A DNA stretch of 62,685 nt, the filler included, from Stramenopiles sp. TOSAG23-2 (lineage: Eukaryota), in NCBI GenBank assembly GCA_900128395.1. It is 4 parts of 4 records of this genome, joined end to end, with 100 filler letters (N's around TTAATTAATTAA, not from the genome) between each part and the next. Parts side by side here need not be neighbours in the genome. Positions count along the whole stretch, not along the records: positions 29,786 to 59,257 come from LT649388.1; 3 more parts are not named here. One strand, 5' to 3'. Shown here in pieces: positions 43,675 through 53,703 of this stretch. Every line of letters begins with the position of its first letter. Within the stretch, counting starts at the first letter, position 1. The notes beneath the pieces were generated by a model, which was not told the DNA's origin, searched no databases, and worked only from the letters and a program-made list of their open reading frames with translations. The translations under genes and the position numbers were made by a program.

Positions 43675-46053
43675 ATGGCAACTGTAACTGATGTGAACAA
43701 TAATTCCACTAGTAATATAGATAACGATGTAGTTCCAACAAACAGTTTAGGCTTGGACACAATTGGGATGGATGGTTCGAGTGGGCATTCATGCTGTAAA
43801 AAGAATGCGTATGCTTCATTTTTAATGGCTACTATTACCCCGTTGGTTCTGGTGATACAGTTGCCACAAATGTTTGTTGCATTCTTTCGTTGTGATGCAA
43901 CAGGGCTGTATACACTTGTATTAATTATGAGCATTGTTCCAATTTTTTTTTCGCCTGTTATAGCATGGGTGGTAGATGCAGACATATGTGGATCTTGCTT
44001 TGGTAAGATTGGAATGCCTACGTACGATACGTATGATTTGGATGAAAATGGTAAAGTGAAACGGGATGCTGATGGTAAAATGATTCTAAAGAAAATGGGA
44101 TATGGAAAAAGAGCATCAGTATTTGCATTTTGCATGGCATTTTGTGCTGTAATATCATTTTTCATCTATTCTCCGCCATCTTGGGCAATACTAGCTACTG
44201 TAAAAGATGGCACTCGGTTGCTTAATGAAGCATTGGGTTATAATAATATTACTCATTATAAATATGGAGAAAGTGGAGAATGGCAAAAATTTGAACCAAC
44301 AATGGATATAGTCAATGGATTTGATTGTTCACAAAAATTATACTTGAATACTACAGGTATAGGGAAAGTTTCTGCCCCCTGGACGACTGAAATTCTCCCT
44401 GATGGTACAGAAATAGTTTCATTCACAGCGGTACGCTTATCTATTGACCAGACAACAGAAATACCTGCATATGGTAATGATATTTGCGAAAGTATGATTT
44501 CCTCTTCCAGCGTTTGTTGGCCTGGGCCAACAGGATCTACGAAACCTGGTGATGGGGGAGCACGTGTTTGTTCTTATATGGACAACAATAGTATTTTGAC
44601 ACATACAACAATTATATCAATTTTAATGTATGTGTTTGTCTCGACTGCAAATTTAACTGCAACATCAGCAGTAATGGAACTTTATCCATGGAATCAAGAG
44701 CGAATGCAAGTATTTGGTATGGTTATGGTATGGGTGTTATTAGCTGTAGCCTTTTATGTAGTTGTAAACACACTTGCAATAGGAGAAAGTGAATTTACCA
44801 CAAAGCCAGATGGTAATCAATCGTTTCGAAGTGTTGCTGCTATTGTTTGTGGTATTCTTGTTGTTTTGTTTTCAATTGCACCATTATGGCCATTGCGTGA
44901 GGCAAGGCAACAGCAAAAAAATTCAAAGAAAGTTGATAATTTCTTTGCAGAATGCAAAAATGCATTTTTAGGTGATGTAACTGGTGATAAAGAAAATAAA
45001 TCGGCTGGTGCTATGCGAATTATGACACTGTTAGGTTTGGTTGGTGAAATTCGTTATCAATTAAGAGTAATCGGACAACCTTTTGTGTTTATATATATAT
45101 TTAAACTGACTCCAGAATGGATTGCCTCAGCTGGTATTATTGGAGGCATCGGTATTTTAATAAGATTGTTCTTTGCAGGAGTATGGTCTTGGGTGTTTGG
45201 TACAAAATCAAAAAAAGGCAGGGAACATTCACGAGATCCTCGTTTGATATCAATGGTTTGTTTGACAATTTTAAGTTTTTTGCAATTTATTATTATTGGT
45301 GCTATGTGGCAACCTCGATCAAATGAACATACATCTGGGTGGCCAGAAGTTATGGCCTTACTAGTTTGGGGAGTGGTGGATCAAACTTTAATTTCAGTAT
45401 ATTCATTTTGGTTAACAGCTGCAGGCGCATGGATAGTTGATGAAGATTGTCAGTATCAAATAACACGTGGTGGAAAACGCAGGGAAGGTTTTTACAAAGC
45501 AATTCAACAAATGGTAAATGGGGTAGCGACATTTATTGCAGTTGCATGGATTAACTCTTTCCTCATTGGTGATAATGCTCCTTGTAATACTAATTATCAA
45601 TACAACAATCAAAAGCCGGAGTGTGGTCAATCGTTTTTCATATTATTTTTAGTATTTCATCCAATATTGCGATTAATTCAAGTTTTGTTGATGTATTTTT
45701 TCCCTATCACTGGTGAGCGTTTAAAAGCACTTTATAGACGCCAAGCTGTAACCCATGTTGTTGTAGGTGGTTCTAGTGCAGAAAAAGAATTAATTGAATT
45801 GAAGAAAATGAAATCACAATTTCAAAAAGAAACTGCCGCATTAACTACACAAGCCCCGGCTACTTTTAAAGTAGTTTTACCTGATGGTGCAGCACCTGGA
45901 ATGCAATTACAATATCCTTTATCAAATGGAACAAATGTAACTGTAGTTGTGCCAGAAGGGAAAGGACCTGGAGATGAACTATTAGTCCCAATTCCCCCAG
46001 TAACGACAACGACGATAAACACAGGTGATAATAAAGGCACTGGTACTATATAA
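43675..46053 (+). CDS. MFS transporter of the GPH (glycoside-pentoside-hexuronide) type with a large Cys-containing loop
   Basis: About 12 hydrophobic segments. PVIAWVVD and WIVDED...GKRREGFY motifs. C-terminal VVLPDGAAPG/VVVPEGKGPG beta-repeat. Confidence 0.78.
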   Translation: MATVTDVNNNSTSNIDNDVVPTNSLGLDTIGMDGSSGHSCCKKNAYASFLMATITPLVLVIQLPQMFVAFFRCDATGLYTLVLIMSIVPIFFSPVIAWVVDADICGSCFGKIGMPTYDTYDLDENGKVKRDADGKMILKKMGYGKRASVFAFCMAFCAVISFFIYSPPSWAILATVKDGTRLLNEALGYNNITHYKYGESGEWQKFEPTMDIVNGFDCSQKLYLNTTGIGKVSAPWTTEILPDGTEIVSFTAVRLSIDQTTEIPAYGNDICESMISSSSVCWPGPTGSTKPGDGGARVCSYMDNNSILTHTTIISILMYVFVSTANLTATSAVMELYPWNQERMQVFGMVMVWVLLAVAFYVVVNTLAIGESEFTTKPDGNQSFRSVAAIVCGILVVLFSIAPLWPLREARQQQKNSKKVDNFFAECKNAFLGDVTGDKENKSAGAMRIMTLLGLVGEIRYQLRVIGQPFVFIYIFKLTPEWIASAGIIGGIGILIRLFFAGVWSWVFGTKSKKGREHSRDPRLISMVCLTILSFLQFIIIGAMWQPRSNEHTSGWPEVMALLVWGVVDQTLISVYSFWLTAAGAWIVDEDCQYQITRGGKRREGFYKAIQQMVNGVATFIAVAWINSFLIGDNAPCNTNYQYNNQKPECGQSFFILFLVFHPILRLIQVLLMYFFPITGERLKALYRRQAVTHVVVGGSSAEKELIELKKMKSQFQKETAALTTQAPATFKVVLPDGAAPGMQLQYPLSNGTNVTVVVPEGKGPGDELLVPIPPVTTTTINTGDNKGTGTI

Positions 46054-46429
46054 AATGATTTATCATGTGGGTAGTGATTATATGTGTGTATAAAATATGC
46101 TGTACGAGTATTATATAATATATAAATAGTACTTTTTGTGTTCAAAATTGTAGTAATAAAAAAAAATAATATTTTAGTACATGTTTTTGTAGTATGCGCC
46201 TACTAACGTGCTAACCAGGTTTTAAACCACAGTTTAAGTTTACCTTTAGCACTTTACACTTCTTCTTTACTATATTGGGATTTATTAAAATATATACACA
46301 CACGATCTAAATGTATTTTACAGGTACAATTAAAATTAAAAACTAAATAAAACAGTTTGTGAAATCCGTGACAAGATTATATATGTAGCTACAGAATACG
46401 GACGGTAGACCACTATTAAATTAAGAACT

Positions 46430-48361
46430 ATGTGTGGCATTGGCGCGTTATTGATTTGTAAAAAATACAATGATGGAAACAATAATAATGTTGAGGACAA
46501 TGTAAAAAATAATAACAATGATAATATTAATAATAATAATAATAATTACGAACAGCAAACAATTATACAAAATATGTCTAATAAAATATATAGAAGAGGA
46601 CCTGATAGTATCAATGTGATCGAAAAATCAAGCGATGCATCCATTTTTCAATGTCTAATTGTCGGGTCTGTGCTGCATCTTAGGGGCGAAAAACGGGTAG
46701 ATCAACCTTTTGTAGATAATGATAACCAAAATACATTTTGCTGGAATGGAGAAGTTTTTGGAGATTTTCCTCATGTTAATGAAGGTCAAAATGATACCAT
46801 ATTAGTATATGCATCATTAAAGGAATATTTACAAGAAAAAATCTATAATAATAACGTCCATGCCAACTTGGCAAAGGAAAAACTAATTGAAAGCCTTGGT
46901 ACATCAATTCTATCGTTTTTTGCAAAAATCGAAGGACCATATTCTTTTATATATTATGACCACGCAACTTCGATGATATGGTGGGGTCGTGATAGTCAAG
47001 GTCGTAGAAGTTTAGTTTATAATATGAATACTATGAAAAATCGCTTGATAATTTCATCTACTTCTTTTCAAATGGATAATGCTATTGGGAAGGACGACAT
47101 TGTAAATAGTAACAATGTTGTAGAATGGCAAGATGTCCCAACAACAGGGATATTTTGTGCATCTTGTTTATCTCCGACAATTCAAATCAAAGAATTTAAT
47201 TGGGAATCAACACAACGAGTATATTTCAACATGGCATCTCGAAAAGATATATCACCACCTGATGATTATATACGGGAGAAAGAATATGATGTAATATTGT
47301 GCAACGAACTTCAAAAAGCAATTACACGTCGCTTACCGGATAATATTGCACTAATGAATATATCTTCATCAACAGCATCATCATTAACAAAAAGTGATAG
47401 TGATGGCAATAATAATAGTAACATAAAAAAAAACAACAATGTCGTAGATTCCAATATTTATCAAACGAATTCTAAAATTGCAGTATTATTTTCCGGTGGA
47501 TTAGATTCCACTGTTGTCGCAGCTTTGTTAGATAAACAATACGAGAAAGATCAACCAATAGATTTACTTAATGTTTGCTTCGATTATCCTAGACACAAAT
47601 CACCTGATCGTGTAACAGCATTAGCAAGTTATGTTGATTTATGTAAACAATTTCCAAATCGAAAATGGAATTTAATTTTAATTAATGTAACACTTGATGA
47701 AGTTTTATTGCATCAAAAGCATTTATTAGATTTAATTGCACCAATGAAATCACAGATGGATTTTAATATAGGGGCTGCACTCTGGTTTGCTGCGCGTGGG
47801 AAAGGATATTTATTTGATCCAAATGATGAAGATAAGAACGATGCAAATAAAGACAAGGAGACTTTAAGTAGTGAACAACACCAAACGCCATGCCAAAGCA
47901 ATACTCGTATTATATTTACTGGTGTTGGTGCCGATGAACAATTAGGTGGATATGGTAGACATCGATCTTCGTTTCTTAAACATGGCGGATGGACACGCTT
48001 ACAGGAAGAACTTGTATTGGACACAAACAGATTATGGTTGCGGAATCATGGGCGTGATGATCGTTGCATATCAGATCATGGGAAAGAGCCACGATATCCA
48101 TTTTTAGATGAAAACGTTGTTCGTGCATTAAGTGAAATTCCATTGTGGGAAATTACCGACCCGCGATTGGAAAAAGGATACGGCGATAAATTGATTTTGC
48201 GTCATGTAGCAAATAGATTAGGTTTAAAAACCTGTAGCGTCTTGCCTAAACGCGCCATTCAGTTTGGTAGTCGTATAGCAAAACAATCTGCTAAGCGTGC
48301 AAAAAGGGATAGAGGAACGCGACATGTTAAAGGTACAGATGTTTTTGAAGTTGTCTCGTGA
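46430..48361 (+). CDS. ASNSD1: Asparagine synthetase domain-containing protein 1
   Basis: MCGI, RRGPD, SVLHLRG, WNGEVF, GRRSL, LFSGGLDS, PDR, GADEQLGGYGRHR, RNHGRDDR, PFLDE, KRAIQFGSR. Confidence 0.92.
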   Translation: MCGIGALLICKKYNDGNNNNVEDNVKNNNNDNINNNNNNYEQQTIIQNMSNKIYRRGPDSINVIEKSSDASIFQCLIVGSVLHLRGEKRVDQPFVDNDNQNTFCWNGEVFGDFPHVNEGQNDTILVYASLKEYLQEKIYNNNVHANLAKEKLIESLGTSILSFFAKIEGPYSFIYYDHATSMIWWGRDSQGRRSLVYNMNTMKNRLIISSTSFQMDNAIGKDDIVNSNNVVEWQDVPTTGIFCASCLSPTIQIKEFNWESTQRVYFNMASRKDISPPDDYIREKEYDVILCNELQKAITRRLPDNIALMNISSSTASSLTKSDSDGNNNSNIKKNNNVVDSNIYQTNSKIAVLFSGGLDSTVVAALLDKQYEKDQPIDLLNVCFDYPRHKSPDRVTALASYVDLCKQFPNRKWNLILINVTLDEVLLHQKHLLDLIAPMKSQMDFNIGAALWFAARGKGYLFDPNDEDKNDANKDKETLSSEQHQTPCQSNTRIIFTGVGADEQLGGYGRHRSSFLKHGGWTRLQEELVLDTNRLWLRNHGRDDRCISDHGKEPRYPFLDENVVRALSEIPLWEITDPRLEKGYGDKLILRHVANRLGLKTCSVLPKRAIQFGSRIAKQSAKRAKRDRGTRHVKGTDVFEVVS

Positions 48362-48639
48362 TATTTAAAAATATAGTGTGGTGCGTGCGTAAAAAAAAAT
48401 AATACGCTCGTAATATATATATATTGAAGAGTTTTTTAAATATTGAAAAAATAGTTTAATGCATCTCATATTTATGATAATGAATATAACTTTTAAAAAA
48501 TACGAAGTATGAGATATAAAAAAATATAACGAACGTACGTCGTATGGTATGATACGTGTCGTATGCGTATTTTATTTTACGAAAAGATATTATGATACAA
48601 TAATGTATAATGAGAATCGTGTTTTCTATATATCATTGC

Positions 48640-51600
48640 TCACGAATAAAACATATTACAAAAATACGATCGATCCCAATCTGCATGGTTAAAAAGCAAA
48701 TTCCATAATCTCTCTAGATAGTGCCCTTCTATTGGATCAGACGAATTTGACAAGGCATCTAATACACGTGTTTTTATTTTCAAGTTGCGATACGATGGCG
48801 AAGACAAAAATTCACGTATTCTCTCATCACTCAACACAAATTCACCACGGAGCGAGCTAGTATACTCCACACAAGAGGGACCATATATATTGATAGAATC
48901 GTATATCTTGCAAAATTCGTGCATTACTTTGACATGCGATTCTTGTATATCATATTGAAAACAAAATGGATAGCATGTGCACTTTTCTTGATCTTGCGTG
49001 TCATCATAAAGCGAAATGTATTGTACCCTTTTATGCCTTTTTAAATCATTTTCTAACGTTGACAAGGATACTTCTGGTGTTCCTTGAACAAAAATATTTA
49101 CATGTCCAAAAGTAACGTCTTTTCTAGTCATGTGATGCAACCAAGAATGACTTTCTCTGCCAACGTTAGGCAATTGCATTATAAATAAATCAGGGTTGTT
49201 GCCATATAAATTTAAAAACACCTTCAATTCCCCTTCATCCTCGTTCTTATTGTATATAAAAATCTTATCAATTTGTAAGTGCGATTTCCATTTTACAATC
49301 CACGATAGATCTTCCTTATATCTACTTATAACTAAATGTTTCTCTATCTTAGTAGCCGAAGAAGAAGAGGAGGATGAAATAATCGATGAAAATTTAGATA
49401 TTCTTCGAAGAAAAGGCTGGTACCATGGATATTTGAATTTTGCTGCATTTATAGCAACACATGCTGCCGTGTCAAAATAATTGCTGCTTTGCCCAGTGGT
49501 CAATTCTTCTACTGCCACTACTTTCTTCTTTTTTTTCTTAATAGCCATTATTTTTCCTTCATAAAGTAAACTTTCAATTTGTGTGTTTTCTTTTTTCATA
49601 TTATGTAAAATAATTTCTTCTTTCACATAATTGTTATATCCATTTATAAAATAAATTCCATTTTCCTTTAACAAATATTTAAATAATCTATTAAACAATA
49701 CATGTGTATCCTTATCCAGATTCAAGCTATATTCACTGTTATGAATTATGATATCAACACTTTTGACGGCGTGATATAGTATACCCGACATAAAATTTTC
49801 ATCCGAATATGAACCTTGAAATATAGTGACACGGTCATTATATTGACAACCAAAATCACGATTTATAACATTTTTATATGGACCACATTCTGGCCATAAC
49901 GTTTCATCTTCCATCGCATAGATTTTTGCAAATGGAAAATAGCGATACAATAAGTTTATACTATCTGTATTAGAAACACCGAGTTGCAAAATCTTCAAAT
50001 TACTTGTAAAACGCAAATCAGAGAAAAATTTATCAAACAATAACATGTTAACGCTATAAGAATTATAAATTTCATATCCAATTTCTTCCAATGTTTTTAA
50101 ATTGTCATTTTGTTTTTGACTGAATCGCAGTAGCAATCGCTTTTGTGTTTGTGCTGGTGAGTTAAAATGGCGCAAAATATTTATCGTTGTTTTTTGTGCA
50201 TAATGTAAACATTGTCGTCTATGTTTTTTCACTATTACACCATTTGTTGTCCCATTTTCATCATTGACAACACCTACAATATGATCACAAAACGTTTTAA
50301 TTGTATTTAAGATTGGAAACTTCTCATACACTTGGAACGACCATGCAGTGCCATTTTTTTGTGCATGGATTCTGTCAATTTCAAACGGCCAAGAGGATAA
50401 TTTGTAGAGACTTTTGAGTGATTCATCATATGCATTTACCAAGTGAAGTCTTGGCAATTCAGCAGCTCCATTACCATCATTCTTTGAATTCATCTTGACG
50501 GAATTATCTCTAGTCAGTTTGGTCGAAATTCCAAATGGCTCGTGCAGCAATCCATTATCAGTTCTTAACTTTACAATATTTGATATTCTTGCGTCATATG
50601 CATTATAAATATAGCTTGGTTTCACACTTTGTTCTCCCCGATGACGTGTCACCATTTGTGAAAAATCTGAATATACATTGCCAATAAAGTCGCTTGAATT
50701 CGCGCATATAATGTAGTCAACAGCACTTTGCAGCAATTGTGGCATTTTCGAGATGTTGTAAGGATCAGAAAAATTTGAAAACGTAACAGGAATGTGATTC
50801 AATTTTAAATATTGTTGCAAATGCGAGATGGAACTATCATCAGTATCATCACTATTTATAGGAACATATGCTGCAAGGTATATAACCTTTGTATTTCGCA
50901 ATTTATCTAATCCATCAATTCTTTGTTGGATTTGTTTTGGTGGTACCCATAGATCTGCTTTATAAGCAAATAGGCGTTCCTCTGAAATACTAAATTTCTT
51001 CCACCGAGCATTCAAACTTGCATGAATTGCCATAAAATAATTTTGTCCATACGTGTTCCTCCCTAGATTCATCAGCTGATCAATTACATTGTATGCTACT
51101 TTTGTTAAAATCTGTTCAAATATTAACGCTACGCGTATTCTATGCTCAAGTGTAATAGCACGTGCCCCATAAAATTGGACGATATCCGCATCTTTATATG
51201 AATATGGGCAAGAAAAGTGCAAATGAGTAATAGAACGCAGAGAAAGTTTATTAAACTCACGGCGGTACCAATCCAACGGTGCATTTTCTGTATGTACTAC
51301 TCGAAATATTTTGGAATCTGCTGTTACCGCAGTACGATTTTTAACAAAACATAGAAGACCAGCTAATTTTTTTCCCAAGTGATTGATATCAAAAATTCGT
51401 CCAAACGGGATTGTGGTAGTCCCATTATCATTAATGCTTAACAATGGCAAAATTAATGAACGGTTTAAAATATGTGCAATGCTTATTATTTGAATAATTT
51501 TATTCATTTGATTATCTAAAGTGCCAACTAAAGGATGGAAAGATATATATTTTTGTCTGGGATTATTACATGCATTTTTATTTGTAGTAGACGGTGGATG

Positions 51601-52494
51601 ATGTAAATGAAATAATGGATCTTTGTTTTCTTCATTTTGAAAGGACCATGTTTTCTGAGAAAATGGAAAGTTTGATTTGTCATTTTGATATATCATTCTA
51701 TTGTTTAACATTAATTTGTGTGCAATTTTTGTTGTATGTATACTTTCTTTTTTGTACCCAAGAAGTTTCAAATATCTTGCATACTTATATAATTCATAAG
51801 GTCTTGATCTGTAAAAAAATTCAACCAATTTATTTTGATTTGAATATCCTGTAAACATATACCAAAATGATGTTTGGCGTTGTGCACCTAAGAAAGTATC
51901 TTTAGTAACTATTTTATTGTACAACTTGCTGGCATTAATTAAACGATGATCACCCAGTAGTACAGGTGTAACTCGTAAAATATGGAATCCTGGGTCGACC
52001 ATTATTCCTTTTGAATTGTATGACCATGTAATGGCTTTAGTGCTAAGATCTGTGTTAGGATCAGTGGATTTATTTTCTTCCTTTGCACTATATTCATTAA
52101 ATTTATCGACGTTGACTAATTGACATAAAGACAAAGGATATTGAACATTTGTTTCATCTACTTGAAGCAGAATATTCGCAAAGTCGCAAAGGTTCAAATA
52201 TCGTATAACCCAAAAATTGTGTGTTGAATAATCAACAGTAAAATTAGTTTGCATGGTTTCATCTGCCATAACATTTGAATTTTTCAATGGAAGCAGTAAG
52301 TCTAGATCGATCGCTACATCGAAATATCCTAGTTGTATTGGTTTTGGACATGATTGTACGTGTGGCGTGACTAGACTTTTATCTAAAAATGCATGGTACC
52401 ATTCTGTATTTTTGCCAAAAATAAACTGCTCAACTATTGAATGTATAATTAATATCATGTAGGTAATTAACACATGCCGGCATGAAAAATGCAT
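48640..52494 (-). CDS. Signal-anchored multidomain glyco-enzyme: O-fucosyltransferase-like, SAM-methyltransferase-like and DUF3431 domains
   Basis: O-FucT-like: GTLDNQ...AHILNRSLILP and AVDYIICANSSDFIGNVYSDFS. MTase-like: ILQLGV...YFPFAKIY...RVTIFQGS...DIII. DUF3431: LVISRYKEDLSW, LPNVGRESHSWLHH, FVQG, GHYLERLW. Confidence 0.8.
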   Translation of the reverse strand: MHFSCRHVLITYMILIIHSIVEQFIFGKNTEWYHAFLDKSLVTPHVQSCPKPIQLGYFDVAIDLDLLLPLKNSNVMADETMQTNFTVDYSTHNFWVIRYLNLCDFANILLQVDETNVQYPLSLCQLVNVDKFNEYSAKEENKSTDPNTDLSTKAITWSYNSKGIMVDPGFHILRVTPVLLGDHRLINASKLYNKIVTKDTFLGAQRQTSFWYMFTGYSNQNKLVEFFYRSRPYELYKYARYLKLLGYKKESIHTTKIAHKLMLNNRMIYQNDKSNFPFSQKTWSFQNEENKDPLFHLHHPPSTTNKNACNNPRQKYISFHPLVGTLDNQMNKIIQIISIAHILNRSLILPLLSINDNGTTTIPFGRIFDINHLGKKLAGLLCFVKNRTAVTADSKIFRVVHTENAPLDWYRREFNKLSLRSITHLHFSCPYSYKDADIVQFYGARAITLEHRIRVALIFEQILTKVAYNVIDQLMNLGRNTYGQNYFMAIHASLNARWKKFSISEERLFAYKADLWVPPKQIQQRIDGLDKLRNTKVIYLAAYVPINSDDTDDSSISHLQQYLKLNHIPVTFSNFSDPYNISKMPQLLQSAVDYIICANSSDFIGNVYSDFSQMVTRHRGEQSVKPSYIYNAYDARISNIVKLRTDNGLLHEPFGISTKLTRDNSVKMNSKNDGNGAAELPRLHLVNAYDESLKSLYKLSSWPFEIDRIHAQKNGTAWSFQVYEKFPILNTIKTFCDHIVGVVNDENGTTNGVIVKKHRRQCLHYAQKTTINILRHFNSPAQTQKRLLLRFSQKQNDNLKTLEEIGYEIYNSYSVNMLLFDKFFSDLRFTSNLKILQLGVSNTDSINLLYRYFPFAKIYAMEDETLWPECGPYKNVINRDFGCQYNDRVTIFQGSYSDENFMSGILYHAVKSVDIIIHNSEYSLNLDKDTHVLFNRLFKYLLKENGIYFINGYNNYVKEEIILHNMKKENTQIESLLYEGKIMAIKKKKKKVVAVEELTTGQSSNYFDTAACVAINAAKFKYPWYQPFLRRISKFSSIISSSSSSSATKIEKHLVISRYKEDLSWIVKWKSHLQIDKIFIYNKNEDEGELKVFLNLYGNNPDLFIMQLPNVGRESHSWLHHMTRKDVTFGHVNIFVQGTPEVSLSTLENDLKRHKRVQYISLYDDTQDQEKCTCYPFCFQYDIQESHVKVMHEFCKIYDSINIYGPSCVEYTSSLRGEFVLSDERIREFLSSPSYRNLKIKTRVLDALSNSSDPIEGHYLERLWNLLFNHADWDRSYFCNMFYS

Positions 52495-53042
52495 GGTAAC
52501 TATTATTTATCTAAACATTTGCTTTCAAGAGTGTTTATGGTGATATGTATACATAATAATAATGTTTAATTATTCTTGTAAAGTGCTATGTGGGTTTGTT
52601 GCAAAGTTTTAGTTTTTTTGTTGTTGTTTTGTGGTGTTTTGTGTTTTGTAGTTTTACTATACAGGTACTAATAAAATTTAATAATATGCTGCTTACGGTA
52701 ATAATAAAATATGTGAAATATGTTGTTAAAAGGCTGTAAATTTTTTTCCTATATGAAACACTACAATAAGACCCAATAAGTATAAAAACATACGAAATTA
52801 CAACAACAAACAACAGCAGCATGCAAAAAAAAAAAATGTAGTAATAATAAAGTATTTTTAATTATAGCACTACTAAATGTAAAAAAAGGAGGAACACATA
52901 GAACACAAAACAGCGATATACATTTAGTGTGAAAACGTTGCAAGGCAGAGAACATATGGATACAACTGTGTCTACTGAGCTTGAATATACCGCTTTTATT
53001 TTATATTTTGATACTACATAGTTAGTAGATATAGTTGCAACA

Positions 53043-53558
53043 ATGAAAGTTATTACTTTGACCAATTTAAATATATTAGTATCATGTATTTGGTTCTTTT
53101 GTATAATACAGTATTCGTCGTGTAATAATCTTAAGAAGAATAGTCTAATAAAACATTATGTCAACACTATGTTCATTGATGAGCACTTTGTTGAAGATAC
53201 TTTAAACAATGTTGATCTTGGTAACATAAATCGACATGGAGTAGATAATATTGCAGAAGCACTTGCTGATAAATTTATTCATGTACATAAAAATTTTGAA
53301 CTTTCAACCAGTAATAATAATAATAATAATGGACAATTGAATAACCTTCGAAATAGGAAACTGCTTTCGCAGGATAAATCAATTCCAGATGTTGCTTTAG
53401 CCCCTATTAATCCGGGAGCAATGCCTGATATTGCAGCCGGGGGTTCAATGCCATCTGTGACTGTTGAAGAGCACACTCCAGATTGTTATCGCGAATTGGT
53501 TATTAAAGCTATGCAATGTGAGTTTTGCACCATAAAATGTGGCCCTCTGTTTTTTTAG
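53043..53558 (+). CDS. Small secreted protein with an internal RNRKLL motif and Cys-rich C-terminus
   Basis: Signal-peptide-like N-terminus. C-terminal CYRELVIKAMQCEFCTIKC. Confidence 0.6.
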   Translation: MKVITLTNLNILVSCIWFFCIIQYSSCNNLKKNSLIKHYVNTMFIDEHFVEDTLNNVDLGNINRHGVDNIAEALADKFIHVHKNFELSTSNNNNNNGQLNNLRNRKLLSQDKSIPDVALAPINPGAMPDIAAGGSMPSVTVEEHTPDCYRELVIKAMQCEFCTIKCGPLFF

Positions 53559-53703
53559 AAACTTTAAAAATGCACGCACACGCATAATAAATAATACATC
53601 AATTTATTTTTTGTACATCATATATATATATTTTTTATTAAAAAAAAAGTATTTAATTAAGTTACACACTTTATATACTCTTTTATATGTCGGGGTTATT
53701 TTT

